A stretch of 64,000 nucleotides of DNA from an uncultured euryarchaeote (GTDB taxonomy: Archaea > Thermoplasmatota > Poseidoniia > Poseidoniales > Poseidoniaceae), in assembly GCA_937899865.1 (NCBI GenBank), contig CALBRH010000063.1:32001-96000 (forward strand), read 5' to 3'. The first letter of the stretch is position 1. Each line of letters opens with the position of its first letter. Positions 9,029-18,342 of this stretch are shown here, in pieces. The notes below the pieces were generated by a model. That model did not search any database. It was not told the origin of the DNA and saw only the letters and a program-made list of their open reading frames with translations. Made by a program: the position numbers and the translations under genes.

Positions 9029-10351
9029 GTGTTAATCATGTGGAGTCGCAAATCAGCAATGTTGGGGAGTTTAGCTATAGCAATGTATTTGCTAGGCTTG
9101 ACTTTACGAAATGAGCAATTAGTAACTATTGCAGTTGTTATTTTCGTTTTCCTAACTTGGGCTGCCTTATTTGGCGGACATGCTGATGTAGCTTCATCTG
9201 GAAGAAGAGCAGATGAATGGTCAGGAGAGGAAGGAATTGCCCTTGGTAGCGTAATTGCCATGCGCAAACTTTCCAGTGCTAGGCTGTTCGAAGATGGAGA
9301 GTTAAATGTCACACTACGTATGCAAAATAATTCACCTTTGCCTAGGATTCTAGAAGTCAAGGACAGAGTACCAGAAGTAATGAGAATAAAAGAAGGTTCA
9401 AATTACATTTTGATGGAGTTAGGGCCTAGAAGAGAGACTTTCATTGAATATACAATCGAGTGCCCGCTTAGAGGATTTTACAGCATCGGGCCGGTTGCTG
9501 TAAGAATTCAGGATCCATTTGGTTTGTTTCACAAGGAAAAAGAAATGCATGTCTACGATGATTTCCTTGTATTTCCAAAGATGGAAGATCTCAAAGAGAC
9601 TTTTGTTAAGTCAAGAGTTCCAAAGATTTTCACTGGCGCAGTAAACATTAGGCAACCAGGTCCAGGTTCAGAATTTTATTCTCTAAGAGAATATTTTGAA
9701 GGGGATTCGTTTAGATCTATCAATTGGTCAGCCTACGCTCGTTCTGGAAAGTTGATGGTTAACGAGAGAGAAAGAGACGCAGTTTCTGATATTATCATAA
9801 TTGTTGATTCAAGAGCAGTTTCTGAAACAGGTCCTGTGTCTAGAAACGCTTTAGTTTACTCAACTAGAGCTGCAGCATCATTGGCTAAGTATTTCCTCAG
9901 CAGAAGAGATTCAGTAGGCGTTATTGTTTATGGTGATGAGGTTGTAAGCGTTGACCGTGACACAGGTAAGAAGCAACTTTATGTGATCCTAACGAAACTT
10001 GCTGGCGCAGTTGCTAGAGGTAATATTCCATTACAAGTTGTAGTAAACCGTATCATGCCTCATATCAACAAAGGAAGTCCGATTATTTTCCTATCAAACT
10101 TAGAGGATGATCCAACAATAGTTAGCGCATTAAGAGACTTTAGAGCAAGAAATTTCGATGTAACAGTTCTATCACCTTCATCACTTGAATTTGAGTTTGA
10201 TGCAAAGAGAATTGATCGAACTGGATATGAAGTATTGAAGACTGAAAGAGATGTTTTGATTGGTGAATTGAGAGGTCTCGGTGTAAACATCATGGACTGG
10301 GAGCCAGATATGCTTCTATCAACAGCATTAGCAGGTGCAAGAGGATTCTGA
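9029..10351 (+). CDS. DUF58 domain protein (vWA-like MoxR partner)
   Basis: RGFYSIGPV..RIQDPFGL, GSEFYSLREYFEGDSFRSINWSAYARSGKLMVNE, IIIIVDS; two N-terminal TM helices. Confidence 0.92.
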   Translation: MLIMWSRKSAMLGSLAIAMYLLGLTLRNEQLVTIAVVIFVFLTWAALFGGHADVASSGRRADEWSGEEGIALGSVIAMRKLSSARLFEDGELNVTLRMQNNSPLPRILEVKDRVPEVMRIKEGSNYILMELGPRRETFIEYTIECPLRGFYSIGPVAVRIQDPFGLFHKEKEMHVYDDFLVFPKMEDLKETFVKSRVPKIFTGAVNIRQPGPGSEFYSLREYFEGDSFRSINWSAYARSGKLMVNERERDAVSDIIIIVDSRAVSETGPVSRNALVYSTRAAASLAKYFLSRRDSVGVIVYGDEVVSVDRDTGKKQLYVILTKLAGAVARGNIPLQVVVNRIMPHINKGSPIIFLSNLEDDPTIVSALRDFRARNFDVTVLSPSSLEFEFDAKRIDRTGYEVLKTERDVLIGELRGLGVNIMDWEPDMLLSTALAGARGF

Positions 10352-10360
10352 GGTGAAAAA

Positions 10361-11284
10361 ATGACTATGAATAAACCATCTGGAGATACAAGAGTCCTCT
10401 ATGAGGGGAAAACTGTAAGGTCTTCTGCACCATCAAGGAAAAAACTTGCAGGTCAAGCAGGTGCTGGCTCGGAAATACCAAAGGATGCAATTCCAACTGT
10501 TGAGATGCCGAGCTTTATTGAGAGTCTTTTAGGAGGCCCATTAGTGCCTAAAACAAAGTTTCTGCCACCAGATAAGATGGTACAAAATCTACAACTTGCA
10601 GTATATGGAGTTCTAGTAGCTCTTTCTTTACTTACCTACATGATTTCACCACCAGAAGGGACATTATGGTACATGATTACAGGAAGTCTAGGCATCTCAT
10701 TCATAATGCAAATTGTCATCATAGTTGTTGCTGCAGGGACAGGATTCTGGGGTACTATGCAAAGAGATGCTAGGTTTACCTTAGTAAGTAACTTCATGTT
10801 TATCTTGGCCATTTTACGTTTTGCTGCTTCTAAGGTTTCTCTTGCGAGTGATCCATTTGATCTGCAAGATAGTCCAGCTTTACTCAATATCTTGGTAGTA
10901 AGTTATGCTGTTTTATTAGTCATGTATTTTGAATTGGCTAATGGCGTGATTAGGTATTCAATGCTTGATACAAGCATTAGAACTAACGAAGTTTATGTAA
11001 TGAATCCAAAGAAGATAGTTGGAAAATATCATCGCTCTTTAATTATCAATCCAATTTCAGCCGCTGTTTTAGCAATAATTGTATTATCTGCAAATACAAT
11101 CTTGCCATTTATTGTTGGTATATTTTCTTCTGATACTGCAACTAGGATGGAAGAGTCTGTTGAACTAATTTCAGTATACGGAGTAGCACTTGGCACATTC
11201 TTTGTGTTTTGTGTAGTGGGCGGACTATTTGCACTTAATCTACCGAATCATTTGCAAAAGTTTAGAGAAAAGCGTGCTGAATAA
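10361..11284 (+). CDS. Multi-pass membrane protein of unknown function, last gene of the MoxR cluster
   Basis: GAGGTGA SD; about 6-7 hydrophobic helices; co-oriented with a 9 bp gap. Confidence 0.7.
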   Translation: MTMNKPSGDTRVLYEGKTVRSSAPSRKKLAGQAGAGSEIPKDAIPTVEMPSFIESLLGGPLVPKTKFLPPDKMVQNLQLAVYGVLVALSLLTYMISPPEGTLWYMITGSLGISFIMQIVIIVVAAGTGFWGTMQRDARFTLVSNFMFILAILRFAASKVSLASDPFDLQDSPALLNILVVSYAVLLVMYFELANGVIRYSMLDTSIRTNEVYVMNPKKIVGKYHRSLIINPISAAVLAIIVLSANTILPFIVGIFSSDTATRMEESVELISVYGVALGTFFVFCVVGGLFALNLPNHLQKFREKRAE

Positions 11285-11285
11285 A

Positions 11286-12605
11286 TTAAGCACTCGATTT
11301 TTTAAACACAATTTGAGATAATGATTTCATTAATTTTTTGATATCTTCAGTGTTAGCAATATATTGAACTGAAAGGCTTGTTGAATTAAGGTAAGTTAAC
11401 TCCATTTCTCTAGAATTAATATTTGATAATCTTTGATCAATAACTTGTTTATTATTGGTTCCGATAAATGAAATTAAGCAGGAATAAAATTCTACATTTG
11501 ATATGTGCAATTTTTTGCCAATTATACTTTCTACAGTTTGAAGTTGTTGTTGAGATACTACAATATCAATTTTTGATGGACTAGATTCAACAGACCAACA
11601 AGTAATATTTTCCTGGTCTAGTAGAATCAAAATTTGTCCCAAGATTTTACTTTGGTTAGTATAATCTCCAACTTCTGCAGTGATTTTGGCTATACTTCTC
11701 ATACAACCAATTGCTTTCAATTGATTCGATTCAATGATGTTTGGTCCAATCACAGTTGGAGCATTTGTTTCAAAAGCAGAATGTAGATTTCTAATTTCTA
11801 TTGGGATTCCAATGTCTTTGACGGGAATAACAGTTGTATGGTGTATAACTGGAGCATCCAATCTAGATAATTCTCTAGCTTCATCATAACCAAGGTATGG
11901 TATTGGTTTGGTATTTACACCCCATCTCGGGTTGATGGACAAAACACCATCAACATCTTTCCAAAGAATTAATTTTTTAGCATCGAGAATCCTTGCGATA
12001 GCCGCGGCTGAATGGTCGCTACCGCCTCTACTTAGTAAAGCCAATTTTCCATCTTTACCTTCACCAAACCATCCGGTAATTACAGGTATTCCAACAAATG
12101 CTGTTTTGTCAAGAGTTTGTATTGATTTTTCTATATCTACGCTTGAAGCAGTGTTAGAGCCATCCAAGCAAATTCCTATATCTTCAGAACCAACAGGATG
12201 TGTATCTAATCCTTGTTTCCTTAATTCATTTGCCACAACAAGTGCTGAAAGTCTCTCGCCAGCAGCGAGTAGTGTGTTTACATCAACATCATTGTGGGGA
12301 TTTTTTGATAGATTAAATAGTGATTTTTCAATTCCTAAGAAGACATTATTGAATTTTTCAGAAAATATTGATTCATTGATTTTTGGTGAAAACCGCAGAT
12401 GTTGTTTTCTAAGGTCTGATACCAGTCTTGTAGCATATCTCGGCTCATTAGCGGCTCTTAACAAACGATCAGTTGCCCCCCAAAGAGCTGATACAACAAT
12501 TACAGTTTTACACCGTTGAGACTTTATTATCTTGGCAATTAATTCTATATCAGAAGAATCCCTTAAGCAAGAACCACCAAATTTGTGAATAGTAACATCA
12601 TTCAA
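11286..12605 (-). CDS. lysC: Aspartate kinase
   Basis: HKFGGSCL, AAGERLSA, LSRGGSDHSA, WKDVDG, LGYDEARELS; C-terminal ACT-like region. Confidence 0.9.
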   Translation of the reverse strand: MNDVTIHKFGGSCLRDSSDIELIAKIIKSQRCKTVIVVSALWGATDRLLRAANEPRYATRLVSDLRKQHLRFSPKINESIFSEKFNNVFLGIEKSLFNLSKNPHNDVDVNTLLAAGERLSALVVANELRKQGLDTHPVGSEDIGICLDGSNTASSVDIEKSIQTLDKTAFVGIPVITGWFGEGKDGKLALLSRGGSDHSAAAIARILDAKKLILWKDVDGVLSINPRWGVNTKPIPYLGYDEARELSRLDAPVIHHTTVIPVKDIGIPIEIRNLHSAFETNAPTVIGPNIIESNQLKAIGCMRSIAKITAEVGDYTNQSKILGQILILLDQENITCWSVESSPSKIDIVVSQQQLQTVESIIGKKLHISNVEFYSCLISFIGTNNKQVIDQRLSNINSREMELTYLNSTSLSVQYIANTEDIKKLMKSLSQIVFKKSSA

Positions 12606-13701
12606 GGTAAAATCCTCCTCTAAGTGCTAAATCTCCTATGACAAATTTTGCCATTGCTTCAACTACTGCAACTGCTCTAGGTGCTAGAACAGGATCATGT
12701 CTTCCTTTGACAGTTAAAGGCTCTTGTTTATTTGTAGCCAAATTAAGAGTGACTTGTTCTTTCGGTATACTTGAAGGTGGCTTAAATGCTACTTTACAGA
12801 ATAAATCTGAACCAGTTGATAGACCGGCAAGTGCTCCATCAGGTTTTTCTCCCAACATTACTGGATTATTTTTGTCACCGCCCCAAGGACTATTATGCTC
12901 GCTACCTTTCATTTCAACCACTGAAAAACCGTTACCAAATTCCACACCTCTTGCAGCAGGTATTGACATCATAGCGCGTGCTAGATATGGCTCAATTCCG
13001 TCAAACCACGGCTCACCTATTCCAATTGGCATTCCAGAAATTTGTAATTCTACTTCACTTCCTATCGAGTCTAAACTCTTACGATGTGATTCTACTAGTT
13101 TTATCATTGCGATTGCTGAATCATAGTCTTGACATCTAATCTCTTGACATTCTTGACTTTGCCATTTTTCAGGACAGGAAACTATTGGTTTTGCTTTAAC
13201 ATTACCAATCGAAGATACATGAGCATTAACTTTGATATTTAATTTTTTAATAATCGGAGAGATTATTGCAGCAGCAGCCACAATTGGTGCAGTAAGTCTG
13301 GCACTTGATGTTCCACCACCACGCAAATCTGCTTTTCCATCAGACTTTTTCATCATAACCATGTCTTGATGACCAGGCCTTGGTTGATTTGGAAGAAATG
13401 AATAATCCTTTGATCTTACATCACTATTTTTGATTGAGATTTCTATAGTTTCTCCAGTTGTGGTAAAATTGTTTACTCCAGAGAGTAATTCAACAATATC
13501 GGCCTCTTTTCGCTTACTAGCATATTTTCCACCCGGCTTTCTATTGTCCATCGCCTTTTGAATTGCTTCCGAATCAATCTTTAATCCGGCTGGAACCCCT
13601 TCAAGAAAAGCACCAACTCTCGGCCCATGGCTAGTGCCAAATAGAGTAAGTCGCAAGACTTCACCAAGGCTCATCTGCATCGGTATCAGCAATTCCTGCA
13701 C
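12598..13701 (-). CDS. aroC: Chorismate synthase
   Basis: LTLFGTSHG, PRPGHQD, GGGTSSARLT, RAMMSIPAARGVEFG, VAFKPPSSI, GRHDP. True start is probably 13674 or 13680. Confidence 0.96.
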   Translation of the reverse strand: MQELLIPMQMSLGEVLRLTLFGTSHGPRVGAFLEGVPAGLKIDSEAIQKAMDNRKPGGKYASKRKEADIVELLSGVNNFTTTGETIEISIKNSDVRSKDYSFLPNQPRPGHQDMVMMKKSDGKADLRGGGTSSARLTAPIVAAAAIISPIIKKLNIKVNAHVSSIGNVKAKPIVSCPEKWQSQECQEIRCQDYDSAIAMIKLVESHRKSLDSIGSEVELQISGMPIGIGEPWFDGIEPYLARAMMSIPAARGVEFGNGFSVVEMKGSEHNSPWGGDKNNPVMLGEKPDGALAGLSTGSDLFCKVAFKPPSSIPKEQVTLNLATNKQEPLTVKGRHDPVLAPRAVAVVEAMAKFVIGDLALRGGFYLE

Positions 13702-13727
13702 GCTTTAGTTCAAGAACCTGCGCAAAG

Positions 13728-14627
13728 TTATTCCATTTCTAATTCATCAGAATCAAGAGATAAAAATTTAGTTTCAATAATTTGTTCTTTTGGCACCATT
13801 CTTACAATTACAGATTTTAATCTTTCAACTGAATTCTTGAGAATACTTGGTATTACAATTACAACTGCAGGCCCTGAACCTGATAATCCTGAAGCTCTTG
13901 CGCCATTAATAAAAGCATCATTAGAAATTTTTCTACCTTGTATGTCATTAGTAACCGAGCAAACGGCTCTGCCATTCATGGTTAAACAATTGAACACCTC
14001 GCCTTGTTGTAAAGCAATTAACGCTTTTTCAAATTCTTGATACATTGGTACAAAGTCTTCTAATTGAGGCCTACTTGTTCTAGCATCTCGAGTGACGATT
14101 AAGACTATCCAGTCATCTGAGTTTGGTCCAGGTCCCTCCATAATAACTCCAGATGTTATATCTTCAGCATTAGCATCAATTAACTTCCATCCTTTGGTTA
14201 GACAAGCCCAGGAATCATCTATTGAACCGGTGATTGAAACTCCTGCATTAATTTGAGATTGTGAAGATAAACTTACAATTTCAGCATCTTCTAATTCTGT
14301 GCTAGTTGCTTCACAAAGAGCTTTAATTGCAGCAATTGAAACTGCTGCACTTGATTTAAGACCTCTATTTTGAGGTATTTTTGAGGCTACAGCCCAGTGA
14401 ATATCTTGCATTTCTAATCCTTCAGGCAAGGATAAATTATTTCCAACCCATGTTTCAACTACAGATTTTAGTAGATTATCGGAGTCATTTAGTTCTCTCT
14501 TACTTGGTTTATCAAGGGCTTTGACTATTACTGGAAGGTCGAGTGACAATGATGCACCATATCCTGTTCCAGCAGCATGTAATAAACTACAAGCGCCATG
14601 AGCTTGTCCAGTGCCTATTACTGCCAT
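13728..14627 (-). CDS. aroK: Archaeal shikimate kinase (GHMP superfamily)
   Basis: GTGYGASL, IPQNRGLKSSAA, SITGSIDD, SGLSGSGPA; position inside the aro operon. Confidence 0.9.
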   Translation of the reverse strand: MAVIGTGQAHGACSLLHAAGTGYGASLSLDLPVIVKALDKPSKRELNDSDNLLKSVVETWVGNNLSLPEGLEMQDIHWAVASKIPQNRGLKSSAAVSIAAIKALCEATSTELEDAEIVSLSSQSQINAGVSITGSIDDSWACLTKGWKLIDANAEDITSGVIMEGPGPNSDDWIVLIVTRDARTSRPQLEDFVPMYQEFEKALIALQQGEVFNCLTMNGRAVCSVTNDIQGRKISNDAFINGARASGLSGSGPAVVIVIPSILKNSVERLKSVIVRMVPKEQIIETKFLSLDSDELEME

Positions 14628-14628
14628 A

Positions 14629-15645
14629 TCATACCTCCTTTGAATTAATTGAAACTTTGTTACCTATGTGGCGTGTATGTTCTGAATCGTGACAAAGAAT
14701 AGAGTCACCAGTTTTCAAATCTGTCACTGATTTCACCTCGCCAACTCGAGACAGGATGCGTACGGTCTCCGCCTGTTGAAGAAAGATAGAATTAGATATG
14801 TGATAGTCATTTTCCCAACAAATACGTAAGAATGGGCGTTTTTCGATTTTTAGTCGGCCGATTATTGCAGGTCTAGTTGAGCCGTTTTCAGTAACTAGCA
14901 TAACCTCATCTCCTGAAATTAATTCTGACAGGTATTTTGTATTCCCATTAGCCATTAAGATATAGGAGTGCGGAGGTCCTGCATTTACTCTAAATGGTCT
15001 TGAAGGAACAAATTCAGACTCCAAAACTTCACCGTGAACCAAAGCCAATGATGAGGAACTGGAACCAATTAACATACCTTCACCATGAGAGATTAAGCAT
15101 GTGAGATCGATGCAGTATCTTTCTCCTGTCCCTCCAGATTCTATTTTAGTTATCTTTGATGTGGTCAGTTGTAATTCTGAAAAGGAATCTTCTACAATCT
15201 CTATTACGTTATTTTGACTTTCAAGTCTTTGAGATTTAGCAATTTCACAAGCTTGAATTAAACTGGTTTCATTTTCAATTACGATTGCTCCAACACCTTT
15301 TTCGAGTGCAAATGCAATTCCATTGACCTCTTTTTCATCAGTTACTATTACAGCAATACTTGTTCCAGTACCTTCACATTCAGAAATTAGATTTTCGACA
15401 GGAATCATTTTCCAACTAGAGAATTCAAGGATTATCCAACTTAACAAACCAATTTTTCCTCTAACAATATCGTATGTATTGCTGTCGTTAACAGAGAAAA
15501 GTTGTCCGGTTATCGAACCATCTTCAATCAATTTGTCATCAACCAAGCAAAAATTTGTATTACTGTCATTAGATAATATTTTGTCAAATACAGCATTTTT
15601 CTTTGATGGTGCCGAATTTACTCGACAGTCACACCAAACCTGCAT
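14629..15645 (-). CDS. aroB: 3-dehydroquinate synthase II (archaeal AroB')
   Basis: WKMIPVENLI, ALEKGVG, RYCIDLT, GEGMLIGS, SRPFRVNAG, TKYLSEL, GRLKIEKRP, QQAETVR, RHIG. Confidence 0.93.
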   Translation of the reverse strand: MQVWCDCRVNSAPSKKNAVFDKILSNDSNTNFCLVDDKLIEDGSITGQLFSVNDSNTYDIVRGKIGLLSWIILEFSSWKMIPVENLISECEGTGTSIAVIVTDEKEVNGIAFALEKGVGAIVIENETSLIQACEIAKSQRLESQNNVIEIVEDSFSELQLTTSKITKIESGGTGERYCIDLTCLISHGEGMLIGSSSSSLALVHGEVLESEFVPSRPFRVNAGPPHSYILMANGNTKYLSELISGDEVMLVTENGSTRPAIIGRLKIEKRPFLRICWENDYHISNSIFLQQAETVRILSRVGEVKSVTDLKTGDSILCHDSEHTRHIGNKVSINSKEV

Positions 15646-15654
15646 CTAATCACC

Positions 15655-16452
15655 TTACAAAGAGCACTTTTCAATTGCCTGCTCAACCGATGAGTTTTGG
15701 TGCACAATCATTACAATCGCTTTGGCAATTGCAGTTATATTTTCGTGGGCAAAAATTTGTCTACCCATACAAACACCGGCGCCACCTGATTCAATCGATT
15801 CTTTTACCATGGTGAGGATTTCTTTGCTATTGCCAGTAGATGGGCCTCCAGCAACAAGTAGAGGAATCGGTGCAGCCTTACAAACTTGAGAAAAACTATC
15901 TTTGTCACCTGTCCAAACGGTTTTTGCTACATCACATCCAAGTTCAAAAGCAATTCTTGCCGCATGAGCGTATCCTTTGGTAGAATCTGATTTCATTAAA
16001 TTTACATTTTCACCTCGAACATATACCATGCCCAATACTGGAACATCATTAAGATAGGCTTCAGTAGTAATATGGCCCATTCTTTCAAGCATTGCTGACT
16101 CCTTTTTGCTGCCTATATTAAGTTGACAAGAAACCCCAACTGCTCCTCTCATAATTGCTTCATCTACATCTCCAACTAAGACTTTGTTACTCTGATTTTT
16201 CCCACCGTGTCGAGTGGATGCCGATAGATGAGCGATCATGCTGGTTTTCGTTCCTTCACAAAGGTGGCTGAATTTATCTACTACGCCTTTGTGAGCAACT
16301 ATTACATCAACTTCTCCAGCGATAAGTGAATTGATTGTTGACTCAATATCTTCAAGTCCTCGACTTGGAAAATCAGTGACTCCATGGTCAATTGGCACCC
16401 AAACACCCCTGCCGTTCGGTAAAATTTCCGACAGGATTTCTTGCTTCCCCAT
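15655..16452 (-). CDS. 2-amino-3,7-dideoxy-D-threo-hept-6-ulosonate synthase (AroA'), class I aldolase family
   Basis: PIDHG, HKG, HLSAST, HAARIAFELGCDVAKT, AGGP, GVCMGRQIF; adjacent to DHQ synthase II. Confidence 0.85.
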   Translation of the reverse strand: MGKQEILSEILPNGRGVWVPIDHGVTDFPSRGLEDIESTINSLIAGEVDVIVAHKGVVDKFSHLCEGTKTSMIAHLSASTRHGGKNQSNKVLVGDVDEAIMRGAVGVSCQLNIGSKKESAMLERMGHITTEAYLNDVPVLGMVYVRGENVNLMKSDSTKGYAHAARIAFELGCDVAKTVWTGDKDSFSQVCKAAPIPLLVAGGPSTGNSKEILTMVKESIESGGAGVCMGRQIFAHENITAIAKAIVMIVHQNSSVEQAIEKCSL

Positions 16453-16570
16453 GCTAAGGCCTAAAATCTCTTATTTCTCAATACTTTGCATATCCTTCAA
16501 GCAATATTTCTAACATAAGCTATCTAAGTTTAATATGATTTCAACCGATGCTTCAAAAGACTAGTTCGCT

Positions 16571-18334
16571 ATGGGTGGTATGATGGAACCGGTGACTATG
16601 GCCACAATGGGAGCCCTTGGTGGGGGTTTCTTATTTGGCATGTGGTATACATTAGTACGCAGTGATGCGAAATTAAATATGCGCCCTGGAATGTCTGCTG
16701 AAGGTCTTAGACAAGACACAGGTGCTCCAAGTTTTGGTAAGACAAAACAGGAAATAGACCGAAAATTAGCAATTGTTGAGGCTCGAAGAAGAAGGGCGGA
16801 ATTAGTTGAATCAAAACTAGCTGCTCAAGAAGCAGAACTTAGAGCTGCTGAGAATGCTAGAAAGTTAGCAGAAGAATCGGAAAAAGCGAGACTACGACGA
16901 CAACAAGAACGGCTAAGAGCTGAGGAAGAAGAACTTTTGAGGCGAGAAACCGAAGAACAGCAAAGAAAAGAGCAGGAAGAATCTGAACGTCAAAGACTTG
17001 AAGAAGAGGCTCGTATGTCAAAATTACGTTTGGAGGAGGAAGAAAGACTTGCCAAAGAACAGGAAGAGTTGCGTCAAGCAGAAATGGCGGCAGCTGAAGA
17101 GCAGAGACTTGCTGAGTTGGAGGCGGCTAAATTACAAGAAGAAATGGAATCTCGAGCGGCTGCTGAGGCTGCAATGGCTGAACTACAAGCCCGACTAGAA
17201 AGAGAAGGTGCAATGACTGGCGATGTTCAAATATCCTTGATGTGGGAGAATTACAATGATTTGGATTTGCATGTAGTTTGTCCATCTGGTGAAAGAATTC
17301 ATGGTGGTAACAAAAAATCAGAGTGTAATGGCGAATTAGATGTAGATGCTAATGTTAGGCCTGAAACTAAGAAACCTGTTGAGAATGTAGTTTGGCCAGG
17401 GGTTACCGCACCACCTGGTAATTACCAAGTTTATGTCCATCATTACAAGAAACATAGGAAGCGTAGAACCAAAGATCCTACAGGATTCCAAATCATAGTC
17501 AATAATGTTGGCGATTATCGAGAATATCATGGTGATTTGACTCACGGAGATCCAATAAGATTAGTCTGTCAGTTTGAAGTTCCAGAAAGAGATGAGCAAT
17601 CTGAAAATGTTAAGCGAAGTTTGGAAGAACAAATGCGTCTAGAAGCAGAAGAGTCTGCAAAAATAGAACAAGAAAGAGAAGCCGAGGAAAATCAAAGGCA
17701 AGCTGAACTCGCTGCAGCAGAAGAACAAAGATTGGCAGAGTTGGAAGCCGCTCGACAAGAAGAAGAAATTGCGGCTAAGCAAGCGGCAGAAACTGCGATG
17801 CAAGAATTACAAGAGCGATTGGACAGAGAAGGCGCAAGGTCAGGGGATGTCCAGATTTCTCTGATGTGGGATAACTACAATGATTTGGATTTGCATGTAG
17901 TTTGTCCTTCTGGCGAAAGAATTCATGGTGGCAACAAACTTTCACAATGTGGTGGCGAATTAGATGTAGATGCTAATGTTCGCCCAGAGACCAAAAAACC
18001 AGTTGAAAATGTAGTATGGGATGATGACACTGCTCAGGCGGGAGAGTATCAAGTATATGTTCATCATTACAAGAAACATAAGAAGCGTAGAACCAAAGAT
18101 CCGACAAAATTCAAGGTTATCGTCAACAATATTGGTGAACTGCTAGAATTTGATGGTAAATTATCTCATGGTGACCCAATCAAATTAGTTGCCCAATTCG
18201 AAGTTCCAACTGCTGAAGAAAGGCAAGCAAGAATTGCTGCCATTCGTGCTGAAATGGAATTATTATCTTCAAGTAAAAAAGATACAGAGACTGAAGAGAT
18301 AGAAGTTGAAGTTAAACTTGAAGATGATGAATGA
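16571..18334 (+). CDS. Membrane-anchored coiled-coil protein with two YfaP/DUF2135-like domains
   Basis: N-terminal TM; long E/R/A coiled coil; two copies of DVQISLMW.NYNDLDLHVVCPSGERI...GELDVDANVRPE...PVENVVW...YQVYVHHY. Confidence 0.75.
   Translation: MGGMMEPVTMATMGALGGGFLFGMWYTLVRSDAKLNMRPGMSAEGLRQDTGAPSFGKTKQEIDRKLAIVEARRRRAELVESKLAAQEAELRAAENARKLAEESEKARLRRQQERLRAEEEELLRRETEEQQRKEQEESERQRLEEEARMSKLRLEEEERLAKEQEELRQAEMAAAEEQRLAELEAAKLQEEMESRAAAEAAMAELQARLEREGAMTGDVQISLMWENYNDLDLHVVCPSGERIHGGNKKSECNGELDVDANVRPETKKPVENVVWPGVTAPPGNYQVYVHHYKKHRKRRTKDPTGFQIIVNNVGDYREYHGDLTHGDPIRLVCQFEVPERDEQSENVKRSLEEQMRLEAEESAKIEQEREAEENQRQAELAAAEEQRLAELEAARQEEEIAAKQAAETAMQELQERLDREGARSGDVQISLMWDNYNDLDLHVVCPSGERIHGGNKLSQCGGELDVDANVRPETKKPVENVVWDDDTAQAGEYQVYVHHYKKHKKRRTKDPTKFKVIVNNIGELLEFDGKLSHGDPIKLVAQFEVPTAEERQARIAAIRAEMELLSSSKKDTETEEIEVEVKLEDDE
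17072..18207 (+). repeat. Intragenic tandem duplication with 624-bp (208 aa) period
   Basis: RQAEMAAAEEQRL (17072) vs RQAELAAAEEQRL (17696); RLEREG (17192) vs RLDREG (17816); offset is 624 in both cases. Confidence 0.9.
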
Positions 18335-18342
18335 AAATAATT

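Noticed and set aside
11908-13126. Long plus-strand ORFs (203 and 162 aa) opposite lysC/aroC
   Set aside because: Antisense shadows of well-supported genes; the same applies to most other short ORFs in the track.
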